A stretch of 64,000 nucleotides of DNA from Phycisphaerales bacterium (GTDB lineage Bacteria; Planctomycetota; Phycisphaerae; Phycisphaerales; UBA1924): assembly GCA_020847535.1 (NCBI GenBank), contig JADLBU010000003.1:29998-93997 (forward strand). Direction: 5' to 3'. Shown piece by piece: positions 49,459-58,636 of the stretch. Under the pieces are notes generated by a model. That model saw nothing but the letters and a program-made list of their open reading frames with translations, had not been told where the DNA came from and did no database searches. Numbering within the stretch: the stretch's first letter is position 1; every line of letters starts with the position of its first letter. A program made the position numbers and the translations under genes.

Positions 49459-49732
49459 GTGCGAGCCGCTTTGCTTGCTCGTACCGCATTGACCTGATTA
49501 CAAGCGCAGTGCCTGGCTGAGTGCAAGCGGGCTGAATGAAAGCGCGGGGTGTGCGCGTTGTCGCGGGACGACATTGCGCATCTCGGCAACCCTTTCAAGC
49601 TCCGGTGACCCGGTATCCGAAATGAGCAATTGAGGCCTGCGCGGGCGATGTCTGCCGCGCTGGCGATTGCACCCGCGCAAGGAGTGCGCGAGAGCCGGTG
49701 TTCTACCGGTGCCGGGATTCCCGGTTTGCGGC

Positions 49733-51481
49733 ATGGAGGCCCGCCACGTGGCTGCGCTCGAACGCGTCATCAACCAGGTCACCGTCTTCACGGGCAGGCT
49801 CACACCCACCCACAAGCTCTTGATCGCCTCGGCGGTGATCATCGGGGTGCTGGCCTGGTTCCTGGTTGCCCAGTACTCATCAAAGGGTTCAACGCAGACG
49901 CTCGCCGTCGGCGGAAGCCCGGAGGAGCTGGGCCAGCGGGTGGCGATCCTTCAGAACGCGGGGATCAACGCCCAGATCACTCCGGCGGGTATCACCGTCC
50001 CCAAGGGCAAAGAGGCCGAGGCGATGGCCAAGCTCGGCGAGGCCAAGCTCCTGCCCGCCGACACGCAGTACCTCTTCCGCAACCTGCTCGAGGGTCAGAA
50101 CTGGTGGTCGAGCCGGGAGCAGAACAACCGCCAGTACATGCTCGCCCTGCGCGGGGAGCTGGCCCGCCAGATCAGTCAGTACGCCGGTGTCCGCACGGCG
50201 GTCGTGAACCTCGATGTCCCGGAGGTGCAGGGCCTGGGCAGCGCGGCGATCAAGCCGACGGCCTCGGTCAGCGTCCAGACGCGGGATGGCTCAGCCCTGG
50301 CGCAGGGAACGGTCGATGCGATCGCCGCCCATGTCGCCGGCGCGGTGGCGGGGATGGACATCGAGCGCGTCCAGGTCATCGATGCCTCGAGCGGCCGCTC
50401 GCGCAAACCCTCGGCCAAGAGCGAGATGCTGTCGACGACGTACTTGGATCATGCGAACAAGGTCGAGATGCAGACCCGGGAGAAGATCTCGGAGCTGCTG
50501 TCCTACATCCCCGGCGTGGGTGTCGCGGTGACGGCCCAGGTCGATGTGACGCAGGTGACGGCCCGCGTCGAGAAGGCGATGAACAAGGGCGAGGGCACGG
50601 TCTCCCTTCCCAAGCGCAGCACCAGCCAGACGACCGCCCAGAACGAGAAGTCGGCATCGGGTGAGCCGGGTCTGCGGTCCAACACGGCGGCCGACATTGC
50701 ACGGGGCGGCGGCCCGGCGAGCGTGCTGGACCAGTCGCAGGAAGAGAACGAGTTCGAGAACCGCGTGGGGAGCCGGACCGAGAGCATCGTCGATCCGCGC
50801 GGGATGCCGACGCGGTTGGCGGTCTCGGTGAACGTGCCGCGCGGGTACATCGTGTCGCTGCTCGACAAGGAGAAGGTCGCGACGGATCCTGCCGCTGCCG
50901 CCGGCGGCAACGCGCCCGCCGTGGCGGCCAGCGCGCCGAGCGATGCCGATATCACCCGCAAGTTCGATGATGAGAAGGCCAAGATCGTCGCCAGCCTGAC
51001 GCCGCACGTGCGGACCGCCGATGCGCAGGGGCAGTTGGTCGATGGGGATGTCGTCGTCTCGATGATCGCCGCCGATCTGCCGCCCACGCCGGTGAACGGG
51101 GGCGGCGGGCTTCTGGGCACGATCGGGCTCGGCGGTGGAAGTGGGGGCGGCTTCTCGCTGGGCGGAGGCATGCTGGACACCGTCGTACTCGGCCTGCTGG
51201 CGGCGGTGGCGCTCTTCATGATGATCTCGATGGTCAAGAAGTCAGCCAAGCGGATGGAGCTGCCCACGGCAGAGGAGCTGGTCGGAGTGCCGCCGACGAT
51301 CGAGATCAAGGGTGAGACGATCGGCGAGGCGGCCGAGGGCGAGATGGCGATGTCGGGCATCGAGGTCAACGACCAGGACATGAAGCTCCAGAAGATCCTG
51401 GAGAGCGTCGGGGAGATGGTGGAGGAGGATCCAGACTCGGCGGCCAAGCTGCTCAACCGCTGGGTGCAGGTGGAGGAGTAG
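49733..51481 (+). CDS. fliF: Flagellar M-ring protein FliF
   Basis: ORF 49667..51481, ATG 49733 preferred. N-terminal TM helix LLIASAVIIGVLAWFLV, YscJ/FliF ring domains (LRGELARQISQYAGVRTAVVNLDVPE), second TM VVLGLLAAVALFMMI, acidic C-terminus. Confidence 0.9.
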   Translation: MEARHVAALERVINQVTVFTGRLTPTHKLLIASAVIIGVLAWFLVAQYSSKGSTQTLAVGGSPEELGQRVAILQNAGINAQITPAGITVPKGKEAEAMAKLGEAKLLPADTQYLFRNLLEGQNWWSSREQNNRQYMLALRGELARQISQYAGVRTAVVNLDVPEVQGLGSAAIKPTASVSVQTRDGSALAQGTVDAIAAHVAGAVAGMDIERVQVIDASSGRSRKPSAKSEMLSTTYLDHANKVEMQTREKISELLSYIPGVGVAVTAQVDVTQVTARVEKAMNKGEGTVSLPKRSTSQTTAQNEKSASGEPGLRSNTAADIARGGGPASVLDQSQEENEFENRVGSRTESIVDPRGMPTRLAVSVNVPRGYIVSLLDKEKVATDPAAAAGGNAPAVAASAPSDADITRKFDDEKAKIVASLTPHVRTADAQGQLVDGDVVVSMIAADLPPTPVNGGGGLLGTIGLGGGSGGGFSLGGGMLDTVVLGLLAAVALFMMISMVKKSAKRMELPTAEELVGVPPTIEIKGETIGEAAEGEMAMSGIEVNDQDMKLQKILESVGEMVEEDPDSAAKLLNRWVQVEE

Positions 51482-51485
51482 GAAA

Positions 51486-51538
51486 AAAGCTCAAAGCTGC
51501 AAATAGATCGCAGCACTCAGGAATCGCAGCACTCAGGA
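51486..51538 (+). repeat. AAAGCTC/AAAGCTG words followed by 2 x 16-nt tandem ATCGCAGCACTCAGGA after the fliF stop
   Basis: Read directly: 16-mers at 51507-22 and 51523-38. Lies between the fliF TAG and the fliG TTG start. Confidence 0.9.
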
Positions 51539-51545
51539 CTCTCGC

Positions 51546-52586
51546 TTGACTCGCAAGCCCAACGAAAAACTCCCCGACGATCCGTCGCAGTTGGATGGCA
51601 TGACCAAGGCGGCGATCCTGCTGCTGGCGATCGGCACCGAACGGTCGGCGATGATCCTCAAGAAGATGGCGCCGGATGCAGTGCAGGAGTTGACGCGTGA
51701 GCTGGCGAGCCTGGGCCGGGTGCCGCGCCCGCTGCAGGATGCGGTGGTCGAGGAGTATTACGGGTTGTCGATGGCCTCGCAGTACGCAACCGAGGGCAAC
51801 CTCGACTTTGCCAAGCAGCTGCTGATGGAGTCGATGGATCCCAAGGCCGCCGAGAAGGTGCTCGCCGGCATCCAGGTGCAGGTCCAGAAAACACCCTTTG
51901 CGTTCCTCCAGCGGGCCGAGAGCGAGAACCTGCTGACGTTCATCCAGGATGAGCACCCCCAGACGATCGCCCTGATCGTGTGCCACCTGCCGCATCACAA
52001 GGCCGCCGAGATCCTCGGGGGCCTGCCCATGCAGAAGCAGATCGAGGTCATCAAGCGGATCGCCAACATGGAGCAGACCAACCCGGAGGTCATCCGTGAG
52101 GTCGAGAAGGGCCTGGAGAGCCGGCTGGCGAACATGCTTGCGCAGAGCATGGAGAAGGCCGGCGGCGTGCCGACGGTTGCCGAGATCCTGAACCTGGCCG
52201 ACCGCGCAACCGAGAAGGCGATCCTGGAGGGGCTCGAGTCCGACGATCCGGACCTGGTCGAGCAGATCCGGCGGCTGATGTTCGTCTTCGAGGACATCAT
52301 GCTGGTGAACGACAAGGGCATCCAGGGTGTGCTCAAGGAGGTGGACAACGAGGAGCTGGCGCTGGCGCTCAAAACGGCATCCTCGGACCTTCAGAACAAG
52401 ATCTTCAAGAACATGTCCGAGCGGGCGGCCCAGCTCATCAAGGAGGACATGGAGTTCATGGGTCCGGTGCGGGTCACGGATGTCGAATCGGCACAGCAGC
52501 GGATCGTCGACATCGTGCGCCGGCTCGAGGAATCCGGGGATGTCATCATCCAGGGCCGCGGTGGAGATTCGGACCTGGTCGTGTAG
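51546..52586 (+). CDS. fliG: Flagellar motor switch protein FliG
   Basis: 346 aa, TTG start. KAAILLLAIGTERSAMILKKM, EHPQTIALIVCHL, MFVFEDIMLVNDKGIQGVLKEV, ERAAQLIKEDMEFMGPVRVTDVESAQQRIVDIVRRLEESG. Confidence 0.92.
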   Translation: MTRKPNEKLPDDPSQLDGMTKAAILLLAIGTERSAMILKKMAPDAVQELTRELASLGRVPRPLQDAVVEEYYGLSMASQYATEGNLDFAKQLLMESMDPKAAEKVLAGIQVQVQKTPFAFLQRAESENLLTFIQDEHPQTIALIVCHLPHHKAAEILGGLPMQKQIEVIKRIANMEQTNPEVIREVEKGLESRLANMLAQSMEKAGGVPTVAEILNLADRATEKAILEGLESDDPDLVEQIRRLMFVFEDIMLVNDKGIQGVLKEVDNEELALALKTASSDLQNKIFKNMSERAAQLIKEDMEFMGPVRVTDVESAQQRIVDIVRRLEESGDVIIQGRGGDSDLVV

Positions 52587-52689
52587 CGAAGCGGCGGGTG
52601 GGCCAGGCGGGGAGGTCGTGGAGGAGATTGGGGGGTTGGCGGAGTGCGTGCGTGATGGAGCGGCAACGTGAACCAAAGGCCCACCGGAT

Positions 52690-53415
52690 ATGGCGCTGAT
52701 ACGAAGAGCCGATGCACTGACCGCCACCCGCGATGCACTGGTGCTCGACCTGGGCGATCTTGCCAGGCAGGGCGAGGCGATCATGCAGAATGCTCGCCAG
52801 CGGGCTTCGGGCGTGATCGAGGATGCCCTGCGCGAGCGCGACAAGCTGCTCGGCGGCGCCCGAGAAGCCGGTCGTACGGAAGGGATTTCGATCGGCCATG
52901 CCGAAGGCTTCGCCAAGGGGCGTGAGGAGGGCAAGACCTCCGCGATCGCGGAATCCAAGCAGAAGATCGCCGCGATCATCGCCGCGTGGACCGCTGCGCT
53001 CGAGCGGTTTGCCGCCGAGCGCGACATGCTTCTGGCCGAGGCGCGCCAGGATGTCCTCCAACTGGCGCTCGAGATCGCCGCACGCATCACGCGGCGAACG
53101 ATCGCCGCCGATCCCACCATCGTCGCGGAGCAGATGGAGGCCGTCCTCTCGCTGGTCGCCAAGCCGACGCGGGCCCGGATCCTCGTACACCCGGAGGATG
53201 AAGCGCTCGCCAAGGACCTCCTACCGGGGATGCTCCCCCGGCTGGTGAACATCCGTCACGTCGATATCACTGCCGATCCCGCGGTCGAGCGCGGCTCCTG
53301 CCGCATGCACTCCGACGGCGGCGCCACCATTGATGCCGACATCGCGATGCAACTCGACAGGATCGCTCAGGCACTCGTGCCCGAAAGGAAGCCGCCCGAG
53401 GGCAGGTCCGAATGA
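52690..53415 (+). CDS. fliH: Flagellar assembly protein FliH
   Basis: 241 aa. Charged coiled-coil N-terminal half, C-terminal VLQLALEIAARITRR..ILVHPEDEALAKD..GSCRMHSDGGATIDADI. Position between fliG and fliI. Confidence 0.75.
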   Translation: MALIRRADALTATRDALVLDLGDLARQGEAIMQNARQRASGVIEDALRERDKLLGGAREAGRTEGISIGHAEGFAKGREEGKTSAIAESKQKIAAIIAAWTAALERFAAERDMLLAEARQDVLQLALEIAARITRRTIAADPTIVAEQMEAVLSLVAKPTRARILVHPEDEALAKDLLPGMLPRLVNIRHVDITADPAVERGSCRMHSDGGATIDADIAMQLDRIAQALVPERKPPEGRSE

Positions 53416-54905
53416 GCGCGGCGACCCACGAAGCTTCGATGGTCCCGGTTATCCCGCTGCTCGCGGGCGCGCGGGAGGTCCTGCGTGGCTTCCAGCCGTT
53501 GCGGGCGGCCGGGGTCGTCACGGCCCTGCGCGGCCTGACGGTCCTGGTCGATGAGCTGCCCGTGCCCGCAGGCTCGCTGGTGTCGATCCGCGCCCGGGGA
53601 GGTCATCCGCACGCGGCCCCGAAAGTCCTCGGCGAGGTCATCGGCTTCACGCGCGAGCACTCGGTTGTGATGACGCTGGGAGACACCGCGGGCATTCGAC
53701 CCGGCGATGAGGTCGTCGGGGAGCAGATCACCCAGACCGCACTGGTGGGCGAGAGCATGCTGGGCCGCTGCATCGATGGCCTCTGCCGGCCGATCGATGG
53801 CGCTGGCCCCATCCACGGACGCATCCCGCTCCAGCTCACCCCGCCGCCCATCGGCTCCCTGAGCCGTCGGCGGATCGTTGAGCCCATGTACACCGGCGTG
53901 CGGGCGATCGACCTGTTCACCACGCTGGGCGGCGGCCAGCGCATGGGCATCTTCGCGGGCCCCGGCGTCGGCAAGAGCACGCTCTTGGGAACGATCGCGG
54001 CGCGGTCGGATGCCGATGTCAACGTGATCGCCCTCATCGGTGAGCGAGGCCGGGAGGTCAAGGATTTCATCGAGCACAGCCTCGGACCCGCGGGCCTGGG
54101 CCGTTCGGTCGTCTTTGTCGCGACCGGGGATGAGTCCCCGCTGATGCGGATCCGCGCTGCCAAAGCGGCCTGCACGCAGGCCGAGTACTTCCGTGCCCGC
54201 GGCAAGCGCGTCATGCTGATGATGGATTCGATCACGCGCTTCGCCCACGCCCAGCGCCAGATCGGCCTGTCGGTCGGAGAGCCCCCGGCGACCAAGGGAT
54301 ACACACCCAGCGTATTCGCGCAGATGGCGCTGCTCTTGGAGAGGGCGGGGGCGATCGAGGGGGGCGCTAGAGACGAAGAGACAAAGAGACAGAGAGACGA
54401 AGCGGCGACTTCTTCCACTCCGTCTCTTCGGGACTCCGTCTCTGCATCTCTTTCCGGCTCCATCACCGGCCTCTACACCATCCTCGTCGAGGGTGATGAC
54501 ATGACCGAGCCGGTCGCGGATGCAGCTCGCGGCATCCTGGATGGTCATCTGATTCTCTCGAGGGCGCTCGCGCAGAAGGCGCATTTCCCGGCGATCGATG
54601 TCCTCGACTCGGTCAGCCGGGTCGCCGACGATGTCTGCGAATCCAAGCACATGGATGCCCGCCGCCAGGTCGTGCGGTTGCTCGCCCTCTACAAGGAAGT
54701 CGAGGACCTGGTCCAGATCGGGGCCTACGCCCGCGGCGCCAAGCCCGAGACCGACATCGCGATCGATCTGCACGATGACATCATCCGCGTGCTGCGCCAG
54801 GGCAAGGCCGATGCGACACCCTTCGACCAGGCGCGGGAATCACTCATCAAGATCGCCCAGCGGTCCGTCGAGCTGCTCGGCAAGGGCGCCAAGGGCCGCA
54901 GGTAA
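53412..54905 (+). CDS. fliI: Flagellum-specific ATPase FliI, with about 29-codon repeat-derived insertion
   Basis: 497 aa. GQRMGIFAGPGVGKSTLLG Walker A, VMLMMDSITRFA Walker B, GSITGLYTILVEGDDMTEPVADAARGILDGHLILSRALA. Extra segment ARDEETKRQRDEAATSSTPSLRDSVSASLS before GSIT. Confidence 0.92.
   Translation: MSAATHEASMVPVIPLLAGAREVLRGFQPLRAAGVVTALRGLTVLVDELPVPAGSLVSIRARGGHPHAAPKVLGEVIGFTREHSVVMTLGDTAGIRPGDEVVGEQITQTALVGESMLGRCIDGLCRPIDGAGPIHGRIPLQLTPPPIGSLSRRRIVEPMYTGVRAIDLFTTLGGGQRMGIFAGPGVGKSTLLGTIAARSDADVNVIALIGERGREVKDFIEHSLGPAGLGRSVVFVATGDESPLMRIRAAKAACTQAEYFRARGKRVMLMMDSITRFAHAQRQIGLSVGEPPATKGYTPSVFAQMALLLERAGAIEGGARDEETKRQRDEAATSSTPSLRDSVSASLSGSITGLYTILVEGDDMTEPVADAARGILDGHLILSRALAQKAHFPAIDVLDSVSRVADDVCESKHMDARRQVVRLLALYKEVEDLVQIGAYARGAKPETDIAIDLHDDIIRVLRQGKADATPFDQARESLIKIAQRSVELLGKGAKGRR
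54369..54455. repeat. AGAC(R)(R)AG word-hairpin element embedded in frame in fliI
   Basis: Left arm agagacgaagagacaaagagacagagagacgaag (54369-54402, 8-nt period); right arm cttccactccgtctcttcgggactccgtctctgcatctctttcc (54412-54455) is its imperfect reverse complement. Confidence 0.8.
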
Positions 54906-54923
54906 CCCAGGAGTCGATTTCGC

Positions 54924-55487
54924 GTGGCAAAGTTCATCTTCAAGCTCGAAGCCGTCCTCGATCAGCGGATCGCCATCGAGCGTCAGAAGCAGCTCGTGGT
55001 TGCCCAGATCGAGCGGGAAAGGCTCGATGCCGAGGAGGACATCCGGGCCCATCAGCGGGCGATCGAGCGCGAGCGCGATGAGCTGCGCGACATGCTCGCC
55101 AGCGAGCAGGCGGCCGTCGATGAAGGCGAGTTCGGCGGTCGTGTCGTCAATCTCGCGGGAGCGCGGTTTCAGGCCGCGGCGGCGATCCGTTTGACGGCCC
55201 GGGCCCAGCAGGCGGTCCTCAGGCTCGCGGGGATTCATCGCCGTCTGGATACCGCCCGGCTCGATCTGCTGCACGCGGCGACCCAGCGCAAGGCCGTCGA
55301 GTTGTTGCGCGAGAAGCAGTACGGGGCATGGCGGATGGAACAGAACCGCAAGGATGCGGCGGGGATCGATGAGATCGCGATCATCCGCGCCGGCCGCGCC
55401 GATCGCGACCGGGACGGCGATGCGGAAACCGGCGATGGCGCTGCCGGGCGCCCCAGTGCCGCCCATGACGAATCGGAGGCCGCATGA
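54924..55487 (+). CDS. fliJ: Flagellar export chaperone FliJ
   Basis: 187 aa, GTG start. MAKFIFKLEAVLDQRIAIERQKQLVVAQIERERLDAEEDI.., coiled coil. Position after fliI. Confidence 0.7.
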   Translation: MAKFIFKLEAVLDQRIAIERQKQLVVAQIERERLDAEEDIRAHQRAIERERDELRDMLASEQAAVDEGEFGGRVVNLAGARFQAAAAIRLTARAQQAVLRLAGIHRRLDTARLDLLHAATQRKAVELLREKQYGAWRMEQNRKDAAGIDEIAIIRAGRADRDRDGDAETGDGAAGRPSAAHDESEAA

Positions 55488-56209
55488 AGACTCTCCTCAC
55501 CGCTCTAACCGTGATCGCGATCGCCAACCTGCTGGCGATCCTCGGCTTCGTCGGCTGGCTCGCCGGTACGGATCGGCTCGACCGCGCCCGCATCGACAAA
55601 ATCCGCACCATGTTCGCCGAGACGATCCCGGCTCAGAACGCGCGAGAGTCCGACGAAGCGGCCAAGATCCAGGCCGCCGCCGCCGCCCAGGAGCAGGCAA
55701 AGAAGGATGCACGGCCGCCCTTGACCGCCTCCGAGCAGCTTGCAGCGCGCGTCGAGGCGACCGAGATTGATCGCCAGCGCGCTGAGCGCCTGCGCCGGGA
55801 GATCACCGACCTTCAGAAGGGCCTGGTCGAGCGCGAAGCACAGGTCGAGAAGCACAAGCAGGAACTGGAGAAGGAGAAGGCCGAGTTTGTAAGGATGCGC
55901 CAGGAGGTGATGGCGACCGAGTCCGATGCACAATTCAAGAAGACACTGACCATCCTCGAGGGGCTCAAGCCCGCCGAGTGCAAGACGACCCTCAAGGAAG
56001 TCATGGCGGCGACCCCCAAGGGGCTGGACCAGGTGGTGTCGTACCTCAACGCGATGGATGACCGTGTCCGCACCAAGGTGATCGGAGAGTTCATCAAGGA
56101 GGATCCCAAGCTGGCCGCCAATTTGCTGGAGCGTCTGCGGGTGCGTGGCACGGAGGTGCCGCCGCCGGTGGAGACGCTCGCCAATGGTGCGGTGGGATCC
56201 AGCAAGTGA
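55484..56209 (+). CDS. YlxF/MotE(FlbB)-like flagellar protein (N-terminal TM, coiled coil, MgtE_N-like C-terminus)
   Basis: 241 aa. TM helix LLTALTVIAIANLLAILGFVGWL, long E/K/Q coiled coil, then ILEGLKPAECKTTLKEVM..VVSYLNAMDDRVRTKVIGEF. Occupies the same position as ylxF in the B. subtilis fla/che operon. Confidence 0.55.
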   Translation: MKTLLTALTVIAIANLLAILGFVGWLAGTDRLDRARIDKIRTMFAETIPAQNARESDEAAKIQAAAAAQEQAKKDARPPLTASEQLAARVEATEIDRQRAERLRREITDLQKGLVEREAQVEKHKQELEKEKAEFVRMRQEVMATESDAQFKKTLTILEGLKPAECKTTLKEVMAATPKGLDQVVSYLNAMDDRVRTKVIGEFIKEDPKLAANLLERLRVRGTEVPPPVETLANGAVGSSK

Positions 56210-56282
56210 ATCTGTCGTATCCGGGCGATTGATCGCCCCGGGTGATGTGCCATCCGGCAACGGTGGCGATGGCTTCCAACCG

Positions 56283-57572
56283 ATGCTCGCCGCGTCGTCC
56301 GATCCTCCCAAGAAGGCAAAGACCGCCCAGTCCGCGCAAATCGAGCGCGACTCCCGCGCCGAAACCGCGGTCGAGGGGCTTGCGGGCATCGATGTCGCGA
56401 TGCTTGCCGCTCACGAACTCTCGCAGCGAGGGAGTGTCAAGCCGACGGTGAACAAGGCGATCAAGGCTGGCCAGGAGCGCAGCGCTGGCTCGCAACACCG
56501 ACAGCCGGCCACCGCCCAGTCGACGGATCAGCGGTCGGGTGAGAGCCTCGCAAGCGCCAATGCTGACCCAGCGACATTGGCCGAACCTACCGGACGGAAG
56601 CGAGTGGCTGCTGAGCATCCGCGTGAAGCGAGATCCGGATCCGCGGTTGAACAGTCTCAGGGCAACCGCAGCCGTGACGGTTCCACTCCGTCCTCATCAC
56701 CAGGCAGCGCCTCACGCTCGTCCGCATCGGGGACTCAGCCTTTCCCGGTACAGGCACCGCAGCGCAGCCCAGCGACGAACCAATTGCCGGTTGCGGTTGG
56801 CGCGATCCCCGCGGCTCCGGCAACACCCGGCCTCGCAAGCCAGTCGCTTGCCAAGCCCGCGACCGCAGCCACCACGGCGATCACCGGTGTTTCGGGGGCT
56901 GGAAGCACCGGCAGGGGTTCCGCGCAGGCGACCCTTGCCAGGCTCGCCAACTCGCGCGGCGGGATGCACTGGGCCGGGGAGCAGGCTCCCGAGTCGGCCC
57001 CCGGCGTACGAGGACAAGCGATGCGCGGGATGTTCGCGGCCTTGCGAACAGGCGGTGATGGGGAGCGTGCAGGATCGGTGACCATGCGGCTGATGCCCGA
57101 GGTGCTGGGAGATCTGAAGGTCTCGATGAGCGTCCGGGATGGTCATGTACGGGCGGCGTTCACTGTCGCGACCGCCGAAGCGCACGCTTCGCTGACCGAG
57201 TCGCTGCCGGAACTGCGCCACCGGCTGGAAGAGCGCGGCCTCATCGTTGACTCGATCCAGATCGAGCATCGGCCATCGGAGGAAGGTTTGGCAAGCAGTT
57301 CGCGGAGCGAGTCGGGGCGCCATGCAGCGCATGAAGGCCCTTCGGGCCAAGACCCGGGTCTGGCCGACAGGGCCGGGGAGGATTGTGCGGGGGATGGGCG
57401 TGGGGCCGGAGGGCGTGGGGGTGGCGGTGGAACCGCCGATGGCAGGGATCGCGATCCGGAGGGTCGTGATCGCCGGGTGCCGGAAGCTCTGATCGCGGAG
57501 GCGATCGGGGATCCAAGCGACATCACGATGTCCAGCGCCGGCCGGAGGCTGAGCCTGGACCTGACGGCTTGA
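56283..57572 (+). CDS. fliK: Flagellar hook-length control protein FliK
   Basis: ORF 56145..57572; start uncertain (GTG 56247 or ATG 56283). Pro/Ala/Ser-rich N-terminal half, C-terminal Flg_hook-type domain VTMRLMPEVLGDLKVSMSVRDGHVRAAFTVATAEAHASLTESLPELRHRLEERGLIVDSIQIEH. Confidence 0.75.
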   Translation: MLAASSDPPKKAKTAQSAQIERDSRAETAVEGLAGIDVAMLAAHELSQRGSVKPTVNKAIKAGQERSAGSQHRQPATAQSTDQRSGESLASANADPATLAEPTGRKRVAAEHPREARSGSAVEQSQGNRSRDGSTPSSSPGSASRSSASGTQPFPVQAPQRSPATNQLPVAVGAIPAAPATPGLASQSLAKPATAATTAITGVSGAGSTGRGSAQATLARLANSRGGMHWAGEQAPESAPGVRGQAMRGMFAALRTGGDGERAGSVTMRLMPEVLGDLKVSMSVRDGHVRAAFTVATAEAHASLTESLPELRHRLEERGLIVDSIQIEHRPSEEGLASSSRSESGRHAAHEGPSGQDPGLADRAGEDCAGDGRGAGGRGGGGGTADGRDRDPEGRDRRVPEALIAEAIGDPSDITMSSAGRRLSLDLTA

Positions 57573-57622
57573 AGGGATCCGAGCGCGGCCGATGCAATCC
57601 CGCGCTGCGGAGGGAGTGCGCC

Positions 57623-58054
57623 ATGAGTCTGGTCGATTCCTTGGGTGGAAGTTCGAGCACGGGAGGCACGCAGGCCTCCGCGTTCAGTTCCCTGGACAGC
57701 GAGGACTTCTTCAAGCTGATCCTGACCGAGTTGACGCAGCAGGATCCGATGCAGCCCAACGACACCCAGGCGCTGCTCGATCAGCTTTCGACCGTCTACA
57801 ACATCCAGTCGTCGATGGACCTCTCCAAGAGCATGAGCACGCTCATCGATCGCGATGAGCTGGCCTCCGCCTCGGGGCTCATCGGCATGTATGTCACAGG
57901 CCTGAGCGAGGACACGCAACGCGTCGAGGGGATGGTCGCCGCCGTCACCAAGACCGACCAGCACGGAGCGGTGCTGATCCTTGAGGATGGGACTCGCGTG
58001 CCCATGGATGAGGTCGATGGCATCGTCCGTGCCCTTGAGGAGGATGGCCAGTGA
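57623..58054 (+). CDS. flgD: Flagellar hook capping/assembly protein FlgD
   Basis: ORF 57569..58054 trimmed to ATG 57623 (GGAGGGA upstream): SSLDSEDFFKLILTELTQQDPMQPNDTQALLDQLSTVYNIQS. Confidence 0.85.
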   Translation: MSLVDSLGGSSSTGGTQASAFSSLDSEDFFKLILTELTQQDPMQPNDTQALLDQLSTVYNIQSSMDLSKSMSTLIDRDELASASGLIGMYVTGLSEDTQRVEGMVAAVTKTDQHGAVLILEDGTRVPMDEVDGIVRALEEDGQ

Positions 58055-58581
58055 CCACCACCGCCAACTCGGCAAGTCCGGGCCCGCTTGATCTGCTCAA
58101 GACTCTCGGCGGCACCGGCAGCGCTGCCCGTGCCCGGGCGTACGCCGAGCCCGACCGGCTCTCGACCGGGGAACTGACCCGCACCGGCACCTTCGCCGAG
58201 CTGCTCGCCAAGGCCCGTTCGGGCGAGATCCAGAGCAACGTGCCCATCACCATCGCGCGCAACAGCGGCGTCGAGCTCTCCCCCGATCAGCTCCAGCGAC
58301 TCTCGGTCGCCGCCGACATGGCGCAATCCGCGGGCGCCACGCGCTGCCTCGTACACATCGACGGCCAGTCGTTGATGCTCGATGTCGGGGCTCGGCAGAT
58401 CACGGGCAAGGCATCGGCGAGCCCCGGCGAGGTCATCACCGGGATCGATGCCGTCCTGGAAGTCCCGGCCGCCCCGGGCATGCCGACGCTTGGGACGCTT
58501 GGCGCCAATAAGCCCCGCACCCCGGCGATCCCGATGGGCATCAGTCCGTCACTCCTGGAAGCCCTGACCGCAGCCTCTTGA
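58051..58581 (+). CDS. Flagellar operon protein of the TIGR02530 type (found between flgD and flgE in Firmicutes/spirochaetes)
   Basis: 176 aa, GTGA overlap with flgD. FAELLAKARSGE..ITIARNSGVELSPDQLQRLSVAADMAQSAGATRCLVHIDGQSLMLDVGARQITGK..VITGIDAVLEV follows the family pattern as I recall it. Confidence 0.5.
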   Translation: MTTTANSASPGPLDLLKTLGGTGSAARARAYAEPDRLSTGELTRTGTFAELLAKARSGEIQSNVPITIARNSGVELSPDQLQRLSVAADMAQSAGATRCLVHIDGQSLMLDVGARQITGKASASPGEVITGIDAVLEVPAAPGMPTLGTLGANKPRTPAIPMGISPSLLEALTAAS

Positions 58582-58582
58582 T

Positions 58583-58624
58583 CCTCTCCGCTTCGTCTCT
58601 TCATCTCTCCGTCTCTGCTTTCGC
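58583..58624. repeat. Half-copy (CGTCTCT-arm type) of the fliI-embedded element, upstream of flgE
   Basis: cctctccgcttcgtctcttcatctctccgtctctgctttcgc. Compare ccactccgtctcttcgggactccgtctctgc in fliI. Confidence 0.7.
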
Positions 58625-58636
58625 GAAGGTCTCCAC

